This document shows positions 11,103-20,369 of a stretch of DNA of 64,000 bases, in pieces. Within the stretch, counting starts at the first letter, position 1. Each line of letters starts with the position of its first letter. The notes under the pieces are model-generated. The model made no database searches. It had not been told where the DNA came from and worked only from the letters and a program-made list of their open reading frames with translations. Source of the DNA: an uncultured cyanobacterium (GTDB lineage: Bacteria > Cyanobacteriota > Cyanobacteriia > Cyanobacteriales > Nostocaceae); the NCBI GenBank assembly GCA_963706595.1, contig OY970166.1:5120001-5184000 (forward strand), given 5' to 3'. A program made the translations under genes and the position numbers.

Positions 11103-11136
11103 AAAAAAATAAGGAGAGCTACTCATGCGGCTCTCC
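11103..11136 (-). terminator. Probable intrinsic terminator downstream of gatB
   Basis: Minus strand reads GGAGAGC...GCTCTCC hairpin followed by TTATTTTTTT. Confidence 0.6.
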
Positions 11137-11257
11137 AGATCATTAGGGTTCATCTACTACACACACAATAGCTCTTTAGGTGTGAGGGGTGTAACCTATT
11201 TTTCTGCCTGCTTTGTAAAGATTTGATGAAAAAATCCTGTAAAGAACTGATGAACAC

Positions 11258-12751
11258 TTAAGTATTCAGTTTTTTCTCGACTAATTCATTAGTGATTTGA
11301 GGGTCAGCTCGTTTGTCAGTTTTCTTCAAAACCTGCCCCACAAAGAAGCCTTTGAGCTTTGTATTGCCGTTGCGATACTTTTCTAGCTCTTTGGGGTTAG
11401 CGGCGATCGCCTCATCAATGAGCAATTCTAGTACACTACGATCAGTGATTAACTCTTGACCTGCAAAAGCCTTCTCAGGGGAAACACCAGCCAGTAAATC
11501 TGGTAGCTTTTGTTTAGCTTGGGCGTTGCTAATTTTCCCTGATGAAATCAGAGTAATTACCTCAGCTAAATTGCCGGGAGTTAAAGCAATCTCAGTAATA
11601 CTGAGTTTTTCCTTATTCAGATAGGCGGCGATATCTTGAGTAATCCAGTTAGCAGCAGCCTTGGCATTTGCACCAGATTTAATTGCAGTTTCAAAATAAT
11701 CAGCCACAGTGCGGTCTTCTGTCAACACTCGTGCATCATAAACCGAAAGCCCCAAGTCATTTTCATAATGATGGCGTTTATAGGCGGGAAGTTCGGGAAG
11801 TTCGCTGCGCCATGCTTCTAATTGCTCGTTAGACACCTCAATGGGAGTTAAATCTGGTTCTGGGAAATAGCGGTAATCACTGGAACCTTCCTTCACCCGC
11901 ATACTACTTGTGCGTTGAGCGCCTTCTTCCCAGAGGCGAGTTTCTTGGATAATGGGTTCACCGGCTTCTATAGCCGCAATTTGGCGTTCAATTTCGTAAT
12001 CAATCGCCCGTTGAATGGCGTTGAACGAGTTCATATTTTTAATTTCTACCTTCACGCCAAACTGTTCTCGCCCCACGGGACGCACCGAGATATTGACATC
12101 ACAGCGTAGAGAACCTTCTTGCATATTGCCATCACTGACACCGAGATAACGCACAATTCGGCGGATTTCTTGAGCGTATTCAGCAGCTTCTTCACCAGAA
12201 CGCAAGTCAGGTTCCGAGACAATTTCCACCAATGGCACACCTGCGCGATTGTAGTCTACCAGAGAATAGGTAGAACCAGATAGGCGATCGCTTCCCGCGT
12301 GTACCAATTTTCCCGCATCTTCCTCCATGTGCAGACGAGTCACACCAATACGTTTACGAATTGGGTTCCCCTCAGCATCTACCATTTCGATTTCTAACCA
12401 ACCATGTTCGGCTATGGGGAGGTCATATTGAGAAATTTGGTAATTTTTGGGCAGGTCAGGATAAAAATACTGTTTACGGTCAAATTTGCTATATTTAGCG
12501 ATTTCGCAATTCAAAGCCAAGCCAGTTTTTACAGCATATTCCAGGACTTTTTCATTCAGTACAGGTAAAACCCCAGGTAAACCCATACAAACAGGGTCGA
12601 TGTTAGTATTAGGGTCAGCACCGAAAGCTGTAGAGCTATTGGAGAAAATCTTGGTATTGGTACTCAGTTGACAATGGGTTTCTAGACCAATAATCGCTTC
12701 GTACTCAGTTTTTACAGTTGTAGCAGCAGTCATACTATTATTGCTATTCAT
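11258..12751 (-). CDS. gatB: Asp-tRNA(Asn)/Glu-tRNA(Gln) amidotransferase subunit B
   Basis: IGLETHCQL, FDRKQYFYPDLPKNYQISQ, HMEEDAGK and DYRYFPEPDL motifs. Confidence 0.98.
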   Translation of the reverse strand: MNSNNSMTAATTVKTEYEAIIGLETHCQLSTNTKIFSNSSTAFGADPNTNIDPVCMGLPGVLPVLNEKVLEYAVKTGLALNCEIAKYSKFDRKQYFYPDLPKNYQISQYDLPIAEHGWLEIEMVDAEGNPIRKRIGVTRLHMEEDAGKLVHAGSDRLSGSTYSLVDYNRAGVPLVEIVSEPDLRSGEEAAEYAQEIRRIVRYLGVSDGNMQEGSLRCDVNISVRPVGREQFGVKVEIKNMNSFNAIQRAIDYEIERQIAAIEAGEPIIQETRLWEEGAQRTSSMRVKEGSSDYRYFPEPDLTPIEVSNEQLEAWRSELPELPAYKRHHYENDLGLSVYDARVLTEDRTVADYFETAIKSGANAKAAANWITQDIAAYLNKEKLSITEIALTPGNLAEVITLISSGKISNAQAKQKLPDLLAGVSPEKAFAGQELITDRSVLELLIDEAIAANPKELEKYRNGNTKLKGFFVGQVLKKTDKRADPQITNELVEKKLNT

Positions 12752-13014
12752 ACTATTAATATTAGTTTAGCCGTCTGTCGCTTCCAGGCGGGTATTACGA
12801 AAATACCTGTTCGAGAAATGCGGTTTGAGGAATGGGGATTTAGTTAAATACACTGGTGACAGCTTCCGTAACTTTACCCCTTCTTCCGTTAAGATAATGA
12901 GCTATGTGGTGACTAAACTGATTTAACAGTGATTGCAAACAAATGACGTTTCCCCAAATGGCGAGGGGCAGACTTCAGAAATATTATATATTTCATCTAT
13001 AGGTAATAAACAAG

Positions 13015-13740
13015 ATGTCAAATCAGGATTATAAATATGACGTTGCGCTTTCTTTTGCAGGGGAAGACCGTAAATACGCAGACGAATTAGCACAAAGGCT
13101 AAAATCTCTTAATATTCGTGTCTTTTATGACGAATATGAACAAACCACACTTTGGGGAAAGAACCTATATACTCATCTTTCTGAGGTATACCAAAAGGAA
13201 GCTCGTTTCTGCGTCATGTTTCTTTCACAAAATTACGCTCAAAAGTTGTGGACAAACCGTGAACGTGAAGCGGCTCAAGCTCGTGCTTTTCAGGAAAATA
13301 AAGAATACATTCTTCCTATACGTCTGGACGATACAGAGATACCAGGAATCCTAATTACTACTGGATACCTAGAATGGTCTAATGCTGATTCAATTGCTAA
13401 GAGGGTGTTTGAAAAATTGAGCATTAAGGTGACATCTGATATTCCTGTTACTGGTGATGAGGCATCAGAAGTAGGAGAAGATTATACTGAATTACGGGAA
13501 TTATTGAATAATCAAGAATTTGCAAAAGCTGACTTTTTAACTGCAAAGTTGATGCTTCGGGTTGCAAGACAAGAACAAGAAGGCAGGTTAAGTCTAGAAA
13601 ATCTGCTCGAATTCCCAAAAAAAGATATAGTTACTATCAACAGACTTTGGGTATCAGGAAGCAAAGGAAGATTTGGATTTAGTGTGCAAAAACAGATTTG
13701 GATGGATTTGGGTTGGATAGAAAAGTGCCTCGAAAGGTGA
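13015..13740 (+). CDS. TIR domain + GUN4 domain protein (C-terminally disrupted)
   Basis: YDVALSFAGEDR...WTNRE...ILPIRLD TIR (catalytic Glu present), then DY..L..LL....F..AD..T...ML...I..LW...S.GRFGFSVQK.IW GUN4. Confidence 0.85.
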   Translation: MSNQDYKYDVALSFAGEDRKYADELAQRLKSLNIRVFYDEYEQTTLWGKNLYTHLSEVYQKEARFCVMFLSQNYAQKLWTNREREAAQARAFQENKEYILPIRLDDTEIPGILITTGYLEWSNADSIAKRVFEKLSIKVTSDIPVTGDEASEVGEDYTELRELLNNQEFAKADFLTAKLMLRVARQEQEGRLSLENLLEFPKKDIVTINRLWVSGSKGRFGFSVQKQIWMDLGWIEKCLER

Positions 13741-14346
13741 GCTTGGGCAAATTGAAAGGCATCTTATGATCGAGAGAACTGTGTAAGTTTTTTTGAATGG
13801 TGGAATGGGTAGAAGGGTAAAAAAGTGTTATTAATATATATTTGAGCAAAGGGCAGCCGCAGGACACCTGCCTCTAGGAATATATGTAAAGGTACACCGA
13901 AGTTAATAATGGATGTATAGAGATACATCAGAAATGGTGGGAACTGCGACTGTCTGCGACGAAATAAAAGTAAAGGAAGAGGAAGAAAGAGAATGGAAAG
14001 AGTTAATTAAGTAAGGAAAGAAAATTAGAGAGAAAAATATGAAAAAATTGTAAGGGTACTAGAATACTTTTATATATTTATTGTAAAATATTTAATACGT
14101 ATTTTAATAGTCATGGCATTGGGTGCATTTATAGGAAATTTTTTAAAAAATGGCATTTTAGGTATGGGATTTGCAGTAATTTTATTAATAGTGTTAGAGC
14201 TTTTTGGATTAGAAACGAACGTAAAAGTAAAGAGTAAATTATTTACGAAGATTAAACGAGTGAATGAAGGAAAGAGGAAAAGCGTTACGTAAAGCGTGAA
14301 GACTACATAAAATTCTTGGAATCTCTGTGTGAAGTGTAACACATAA
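13741..14346 (+). pseudogene. Degenerate distal part of the TIR-GUN4 gene
   Basis: Out-of-frame GUN4 GHLP motif at 13862-13873, two transmembrane-like segments, terminal V-K-C-N-T-stop at about 14329-14346; several intervening stops and frameshifts. Confidence 0.65.
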
Positions 14347-14381
14347 ATGTTCCAGCCTTTCCTAAACATTTGTTATCAAAA

Positions 14382-14830
14382 TCAGGAATTCCGATACCTG
14401 GCACTGTCATAACAATTAGCCACCACAAACTGTTCAGCCACTTCACGAACTGCCGAATCTTCAAATTCCCATTCCGCCCAAGGTAATCGCATCTGCCCTG
14501 GCGATGTCTTTTTACCCTTATGCTTTATAACTTTAGGCAACAATTTACTTCCCCAGTGATAGCTTTTCCCTGGTTTAGGTTGAGGCTTATACTTCTTACA
14601 AAAACCTCGATATTTAGCAGCGCATTCAGACAACGAATTACCCAAAGATAAAAAATCAGGATGCCATTGAGTTAGTCCATCATCTGTTAGCCTATCGTAA
14701 GTGCCAAATTTACTAAAATCATAGAAAAATCCCGCTTCCCTTCCAGTCGCTTTGGGGTTAGGGTGAATGTACTGCAGTGTAATCGTAATGCCCTATGATA
14801 AATTAACCAGTGCATGTGGTTTTCATATTT
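14382..14830 (-). mobile_element. 5'-truncated REP-associated tyrosine transposase (RAYT / Y1 HUH) remnant
   Basis: Frame upstream of the annotated ORF reads TLQYIHPNPKATG...GFFYDFS.FG.YD.L..DGLTQWHP.FL.LG; YIHxNP is the catalytic-Tyr motif of RAYT-type transposases; N-terminal HUH part is missing or decayed. Confidence 0.75.
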
Positions 14831-15430
14831 CTAATCTCGACTTGCAATCGCCATGTTTTTTTTAGTATTTTACGAATACCGCGCAACAACTCAATGAATA
14901 GCAACACTCGCTTACAGATAATTTTAGCTAATACACCTGTGGGTATTGTATTACCTGCGATCGCTCAACTCAATCTGCCTAACTGGTGGTTAGCCGGGGG
15001 TGCAGTGCGAAATACAGTGTGGTGTGCAGTATTTGGTCAAAAATGTCGTTTATTCATCAAAGACTTCGATATTGCCTTTTTTGATGAATCAGGAGACCGT
15101 TCCCAGGAACTAGCAGCAAAGGCACAATTAACCGCACAATTTCCCAATTATCAGTTTGATGTCAAAAATCAAGCGAGTTTTGCCCGTTGGCGTTCAGGAC
15201 GAACACCCTACACCAGTACAGAAAATGGTATTGAAAATTGGTTACACACCGCCACTGCTGTGGGAGTTCGACTAAATGCACAAAGGGAATGGCAATTTTT
15301 CACTCCCTACGGCTTAGACGACTTATTTGGGGGAATTATTCGCCCGACACCAGCACATATCAACAACCCCGACGCTAAAAATAAAGCATCTGAATTTCTT
15401 TCCAAATGTCCAGATTTACAGTTAGCATAA
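14810..15430 (+). CDS. Nucleotidyltransferase family protein (DUF925/NTP_transf_6 type); likely start at 14894
   Basis: WLAGGAVRNTVW...KDFDIAFFD...DVKNQA...PYGLDDL motifs. Confidence 0.85.
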   Translation: MHVVFIFLISTCNRHVFFSILRIPRNNSMNSNTRLQIILANTPVGIVLPAIAQLNLPNWWLAGGAVRNTVWCAVFGQKCRLFIKDFDIAFFDESGDRSQELAAKAQLTAQFPNYQFDVKNQASFARWRSGRTPYTSTENGIENWLHTATAVGVRLNAQREWQFFTPYGLDDLFGGIIRPTPAHINNPDAKNKASEFLSKCPDLQLA

Positions 15431-15446
15431 ACTCAGCATTTCCCCT

Positions 15447-15580
15447 CACGCTATGTGGAAAAATCAATGAGAAACCTAACCCCCCAACCCCCTTCCCTAC
15501 AAGGGAAGGGGGAGAATTCAAAGCCTCTCTCCTTGTAGGAGAGAGGTTTGGAGAGAGGTTTTCTAAATACCCTAAAAATA
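15447..15580. repeat. MITE-like element with two REP palindromes (inverted relative of 48272-48421)
   Basis: TCACGCTATGTGGAAAAAT...CCCCTTCCCTACAAGGGAAGGGGG...CCTCTCTCCTTGTAGGAGAGAGG; matches the reverse complement of the 48.3 kb element. Confidence 0.7.
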
Positions 15581-15581
15581 C

Positions 15582-17795
15582 TTATTTCGATATCAATTCC
15601 CTAAAGCTTTTATCATCAGCAATTTCATCAAAATCAATATCAAAAGCCGCATCTTCTTGATATCTAGGATTCAATTCAATTGCTTGCTGAAGATTTGCCA
15701 AAGCTAATTTCAGTTGTCTTTGCAGCGCATAACAAGCGGCTTTATTGTAATAAGCGCTTGCATAGTTGGGATTAATTTCTAATGCTTTGTCAAAACTAGC
15801 GATCGCCTCATCATCCTCTCCTAATCTTACCAAAGCATAACCACGTTTATCCCAAACCTTAGCAGAATTGGGATTAATATCAATGGCTTGATCAAAACTA
15901 GCGATCGCATCCTCATATCTTTCCAATTCTATCAAAGCCAGACCACGATTCAACCAAGCCACCGGATCATCAGGTTTGACTTGGGTAGCTTTGTCAAAAG
16001 AATCGAAAGCTTTTTGCTGTTGTCCTAGTTTACCAAAAGCCACACCGCGATCGCACCAAGCCTGATGATAATCTGGTTGAATTTCAATAGCCTTTTCATA
16101 GGATGCGATCGCATCTTTGTAGCGTTGCAATCTTCCCAGAGTTAAACCGTGTTTTAACCAACCAACATGATTATCAGGATCAGCTTTCACTACTTTATCA
16201 TAGAGTGCGATCGCCTCTTCATATTTTCTTTGAGAAAATAACTCATCTCCTACTTGGAGGTCATCATTCACTAACTCTGACTCTTGTGGCTGAACTTCCT
16301 GAATTTCTGACTTTTCAGGAACCGATAGCGGCTGAGTATTTACCAATTGTTCCTGAATTTCTGACTTTTCAGGAACCAATAGCGGCTGAGTATTTACCAA
16401 CTCTTGCAAAATTATATTCTTGCGTTCTTGAGCATCCAACTGCAACTCAGAAAGTTGAGCCACAAAATCCGTCTCTAATTTTTCTAGCTTTTCTAGAATT
16501 AGCAGCTTTTGTTCTTGAGCATTTAATTGTAATTCCGAGAATTGAGCCGTAAACTCAGAACCTGATGCTTCTAAATTCCTAATAATTTGCTCTTTTTCGT
16601 TTTGAGCATCTACCTGTAATTCAGATAATTGAGATGCAAAATCTGACTGTAATTTTGTTATCCTCTCCAGGATATCATCTTTCTGTTGCTGAGTCTCAGA
16701 CTGCAATTCAGCCATTTGAGCTTTAAATAAATTTTCTAACTCCCCTAAACTTTCCAGAGTTTTATCTTTCTCTTGTTGAGCATCTACCTGCAAACCGCCT
16801 AAACTCTCAAAAAAGCTATGTTTTTGTTGCTGAGTCTCAGATTGCAATTCAGCTATTTCTGATTTAAATAATCTTTCTAATTCTCTGACATTTTCTAGAA
16901 TCTCATTCTTTTCTTGTTGAGCATCCACCTGTAAATTTGTGAAACTTTCAACAGTGGTATCCTTATTTTGCTGAGTTTCAGACTTTAAGCTAGAAAGATA
17001 GGAAATAAATTCATTCTGAGATTTTTGTAAATCTTCCAGAATTATATTTTTTTGTTGTGCAGCTTCTAAATGCAATTCATCTAGTTTCTGATTTAGCTCA
17101 GATTCTAACCTAGCTAAATTTTCTATAGTTCTATCTCTCGTTTGTTCTGCTGACCATTGCAATTGAGATAGTTTTTCCACAAATTCCGACTCTAAATTTT
17201 CTTGAATATTTTGAACTTTTGTTTCTAATCCTGCCAATATATTATCTCTTGACTGCAAAAGTTCAGAAGTCAAATTAGCTAAATTATCTTGCTCTTTTTT
17301 AATATTTTCTTGTAGAGTCGCAACTTCTTTTTCTAATTCCCGATTTATCTTTTTCGATTCTTGAATTAAATTTTCGGCATCTTGCTTGACAATAGTTAGC
17401 TGATGTTGTAATTGTTCCACTCCCTGTAGCTGCGCCATTGCTCTATGAACAATTTCACGAATTGCCACTTTTCGCAACACCCAGAATAAAGCAATCACCG
17501 CCACAGGAAACAAACTCAATATCACCAACCACACATTGAATAAAACAACCGTGTTATTCAATGGTTGCGCCCCAACCGGTGGGACTTGCTCTGGAGTCGG
17601 CTGTTGTGCTTGCAACTGAGCCAACTTTTCCGGCTGCTGATGAGATATAACCTCAGCAGTATTCAGTTGTGTGGAAACGGATGGCCTGAGTTGTCCACTA
17701 GCCATACCAGCAGACAGCAGCAACGGCGAAAAGACAACAGCGTTTTTCAACACTAAAGTGAGGACAACTTGATTTTTGCGCTTCATAAGAACCAT
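15582..17795 (-). CDS. Membrane-anchored coiled-coil + TPR protein
   Basis: Signal-like N-terminus, one transmembrane helix, long E/Q/L-rich coiled coil, 54-nt internal duplication, about 6 C-terminal TPRs. Confidence 0.85.
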   Translation of the reverse strand: MVLMKRKNQVVLTLVLKNAVVFSPLLLSAGMASGQLRPSVSTQLNTAEVISHQQPEKLAQLQAQQPTPEQVPPVGAQPLNNTVVLFNVWLVILSLFPVAVIALFWVLRKVAIREIVHRAMAQLQGVEQLQHQLTIVKQDAENLIQESKKINRELEKEVATLQENIKKEQDNLANLTSELLQSRDNILAGLETKVQNIQENLESEFVEKLSQLQWSAEQTRDRTIENLARLESELNQKLDELHLEAAQQKNIILEDLQKSQNEFISYLSSLKSETQQNKDTTVESFTNLQVDAQQEKNEILENVRELERLFKSEIAELQSETQQQKHSFFESLGGLQVDAQQEKDKTLESLGELENLFKAQMAELQSETQQQKDDILERITKLQSDFASQLSELQVDAQNEKEQIIRNLEASGSEFTAQFSELQLNAQEQKLLILEKLEKLETDFVAQLSELQLDAQERKNIILQELVNTQPLLVPEKSEIQEQLVNTQPLSVPEKSEIQEVQPQESELVNDDLQVGDELFSQRKYEEAIALYDKVVKADPDNHVGWLKHGLTLGRLQRYKDAIASYEKAIEIQPDYHQAWCDRGVAFGKLGQQQKAFDSFDKATQVKPDDPVAWLNRGLALIELERYEDAIASFDQAIDINPNSAKVWDKRGYALVRLGEDDEAIASFDKALEINPNYASAYYNKAACYALQRQLKLALANLQQAIELNPRYQEDAAFDIDFDEIADDKSFRELISK

Positions 17796-17923
17796 CCTGA
17801 TTCTTGGGTCAATTTTTGAAGTGGCTTGCCTATCTCCAATCTATACCAGAATTCAATTTTGACCGAACACTTCACCGCGCGCAAGCCCCCAAAATTATTT
17901 AGGGAGGATTTCGGATTTCGGCT

Positions 17924-18285
17924 CCCTCTCCTGACTAACCAGAAGATTGCAGTAAATCTTTATACCGTTGATTTATACTTCAGTAGGGTGTGTTATGCCA
18001 CAGGCTAACGCATCATCCCAGATTCTCAGTGGGTTATGGACGTTAGTCCTAAAGCCACCTACCTAAATCAAAGGTTTTTGGACTTGTGTGTAGACTGTGG
18101 TTCCTGACTAACTACCGTATACACACAGCTTGAGCCAAAGAGAGCTTCCAGCCCTAAAAACAAGATTTCCGCTTAAATCCAGTTCCCCTCCTCGCTTGCG
18201 GGGAGGGGCTAGGGGTGGGGTTTTATGACACAAAAGAGAATTTCCCGACTTGTGTGTACACTGTGGTTCCTGACTAAGGAGAGGG
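17924..18285. mobile_element. Two tandem ~165-bp MITE-like modules nested in a REP palindrome
   Basis: TCCTGACTAA at 17929, 18102 and 18268; each module ends GACTTGTGTGTA(G/C)ACTGTGG; outer arms are CCCTCTCC and GGAGAGGG. Confidence 0.65.
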
Positions 18286-18538
18286 CTTGCGTAAGGTTTT
18301 ATACAAAATAAATTTAGAGGCATATCACCTCTTTGGGTTCAACAGCTTCCTCCCAGTGGCTCAAACTAGACACAACTCCCTTCAGAATTAAGCAGTCTGG
18401 CGAAAATTGATGTCCTTCGGCCTTTGAGTCCCCAAAAACTTAATATTTCATACCAAATGATAGAAGAAGGACAGTGATGATTGTGTTACCTTAGTATAGT
18501 ATTGCTTGCAAAGCAAACTATTGAATTAAGAGGCAATC

Positions 18539-19030
18539 ATTATCGTAGTCAAAAAACAACTAATCAACTCGCAAATTAAGTCAAATCAAGTCTACTTGAT
18601 TGATCATGAGAATAATAACCGTGGTCTGGTTGACACTTCCGAAGCTCTACAGCTAGCCGAAAGTGTAGACCTTGACCTGGTTGTAGTCTCCGAAAACAAA
18701 GACACGCCAGTTGCGAAGATTATCAACTATGGTAAGCTTCAGTATCAAAAGAAAAAACGTCAGACTCAGAGCGCTAGACCAAGCGTCAAGGAAGTTCGAT
18801 TCCGTCCCAACGTGGGTGCAGCTGACTATAATTTACGCATTGAGCAAGCAGCTCAATGGTTAAGCAAAGGCGATTCTGTTAAGTTCGCTATTCGTTTGCG
18901 AGGCCGAGAACATCAACATCGCGAGCAAGCTGGAGAAATGCTAGACCGCATTGTAGCTGCTTTGAGTGAAGTAGGCAAAGTCCAGTCACTGGATAAACGC
19001 TCACTGATTGTTCAAGTCGTTCCTGCTTAA
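18539..19030 (+). CDS. infC: Translation initiation factor IF-3 (short paralog) with predicted ATT start
   Basis: IF3_N and IF3_C motifs (KIINYGK, KEVRFRP, LRGRE); frame stays open upstream of the annotated TTG through LINSQI to ATT at 18539, preceded by AAGAGG. Confidence 0.9.
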   Translation: MIVVKKQLINSQIKSNQVYLIDHENNNRGLVDTSEALQLAESVDLDLVVVSENKDTPVAKIINYGKLQYQKKKRQTQSARPSVKEVRFRPNVGAADYNLRIEQAAQWLSKGDSVKFAIRLRGREHQHREQAGEMLDRIVAALSEVGKVQSLDKRSLIVQVVPA

Positions 19031-19299
19031 AATAATCTTTCAGGGATATCTTTTAAATCGCCTACTAAAAATAAAAGCTGTACATAGGGAATGAGGTTGA
19101 ATGACCCAAAGCCTGATTGGTTACAGCTTGTATAAACAAAAAGTAGGAAATCGGAGAAGGCGCAAGTGAAATCAGATGCAGTTACTTGGTTCGAGTTAGC
19201 CAGGAAGCAGATGATTCACTTGCCATATTTTAGTTTGTATTTCAGGAATTTCCCAGAAGATATAAATTCTCCAAGTCATACATCCCAAATAACTTCTTT

Positions 19300-19842
19300 C
19301 TGATACTTTTAACCGAGACATTCTCCGACATTTGAGATATCGTGAACATCCAGTACAACATCACCAACTGAGTCAGTGAAGGTGGTATCCCACATTGCCT
19401 TGAGGAAAATCCCCACGGCTCCATTAAAATCACGCGGTATTTCATAACCACAATTAGGGCAAAAAAAGTTCTTAGAACTACCAAGTTTTCTATGAGTGTT
19501 ACCGCATTTAGTGCAAGTCTTCGATGTATATTCTTCAGTTATCCTTACCAATTTGGAACCGTAGCGGTTACACAAATGCTCAAGGGTTTGAGAGAACTGA
19601 TAGAATGCCCAACTCATCATCGCACGGGAAGTCTTATTTCTTAACTTCCGCTTCTTTTTAACAACCATTTGGGAAGTTTCAAAGGTGGGAAGTACAATCA
19701 CATCGTAGTTTTTAGCTAGATATGACCCGACTTGTTTATGGCACTCAGAGCGTAGATTCTTGATTCTGGTTCTGAGTCCTTCGTCCCTTTGTCTCAACTA
19801 ATTGAGTAATAATTTTTTATTTTCCAGTCTCTGAGTCACCGG
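19300..19842 (-). mobile_element. tnpB: Internally deleted tnpB-bearing insertion sequence (IS607-like); only the TnpB C-terminal half (19309-19797) remains
   Basis: RuvC-II Glu (PTFET), EEYTSKTC..CG...F.C..CG zinc ribbon and RuvC-III RDFNGA; no RuvC-I or tnpA; short AT-rich end directly upstream. Confidence 0.8.
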
Positions 19843-19880
19843 ATGGCAAACAATCGAGACTCAGCCGATGATACTGTTAC

Positions 19881-20331
19881 CAAAAAATTGGGTTTAAAGC
19901 CTCGTCGTTCTACGACGGCTTTTAATTGATTAGTGTACCAGTATGCTGCTATAGTAATTGTAGTGGAAAGGTAATCAACCACTTAAAAAACCTAGCCGTC
20001 GAAAGACAAAGCACTGAACCTTGATAATTGAACGGCAGTTGCTCTAATTGGGGAAACCCCAAGACCGCACTGCCTCATCTATGCGGTTCTACTGCATTAT
20101 TCTAGTTTCCTCCTAGCAGTAGGTAAAAGATTTATAGGGGCTAGACGAATCAGCATTTTGAAACAATTTGTTTCAAACCAAACAGGACTTGCACTCATGC
20201 AAATAGGGTAGGGCATACCCGAATTAACGCTTGGGGAGAATCCCACCTCTGGTTTAGACGACGCAAGGACTCTAGGTTAAGTGGTTTCGTTGAACCAAGA
20301 ATCCCCGTCGATTTATCGCGGGGAGTGTCAA
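19881..20331 (+). mobile_element. Non-autonomous IS200/IS605-family element (451 bp, no coding capacity)
   Basis: Inserted 3' of TTAC (19877-19880); left hairpin AAAGCCTCGTCGTTCTACGACGGCTTT; right hairpin TCCCCGTCGATTTATCGCGGGGA; ends in TCAA; no target duplication. Confidence 0.85.
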
Positions 20332-20350
20332 ATCCTCTGACTAGGTAAAT
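20190..20350 (+). ncRNA. Putative TnpB omega/reRNA scaffold at the element right end, with flanking guide (boundaries approximate)
   Basis: Structured right-end region ending in TCAA, where IS200/IS605 omega RNAs are encoded; inferred from position. Confidence 0.5.
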
Positions 20351-20369
20351 TGTTGCCTTCCGCAAACTC

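Noticed and set aside
14070..14369. 99-aa minus-strand ORF
   Set aside because: Antisense shadow of the low-complexity GUN4 tail, with no recognisable motifs.
13015..14830. Classical DGR acting on the GUN4 genes
   Set aside because: No reverse transcriptase, avd or template repeat is visible in the window; a remote DGR cannot be excluded.
18330..18445. Possible riboswitch-like structured RNA upstream of infC
   Set aside because: Only isolated short motif similarities; I could not build a consistent known fold. An Rfam search would settle it.
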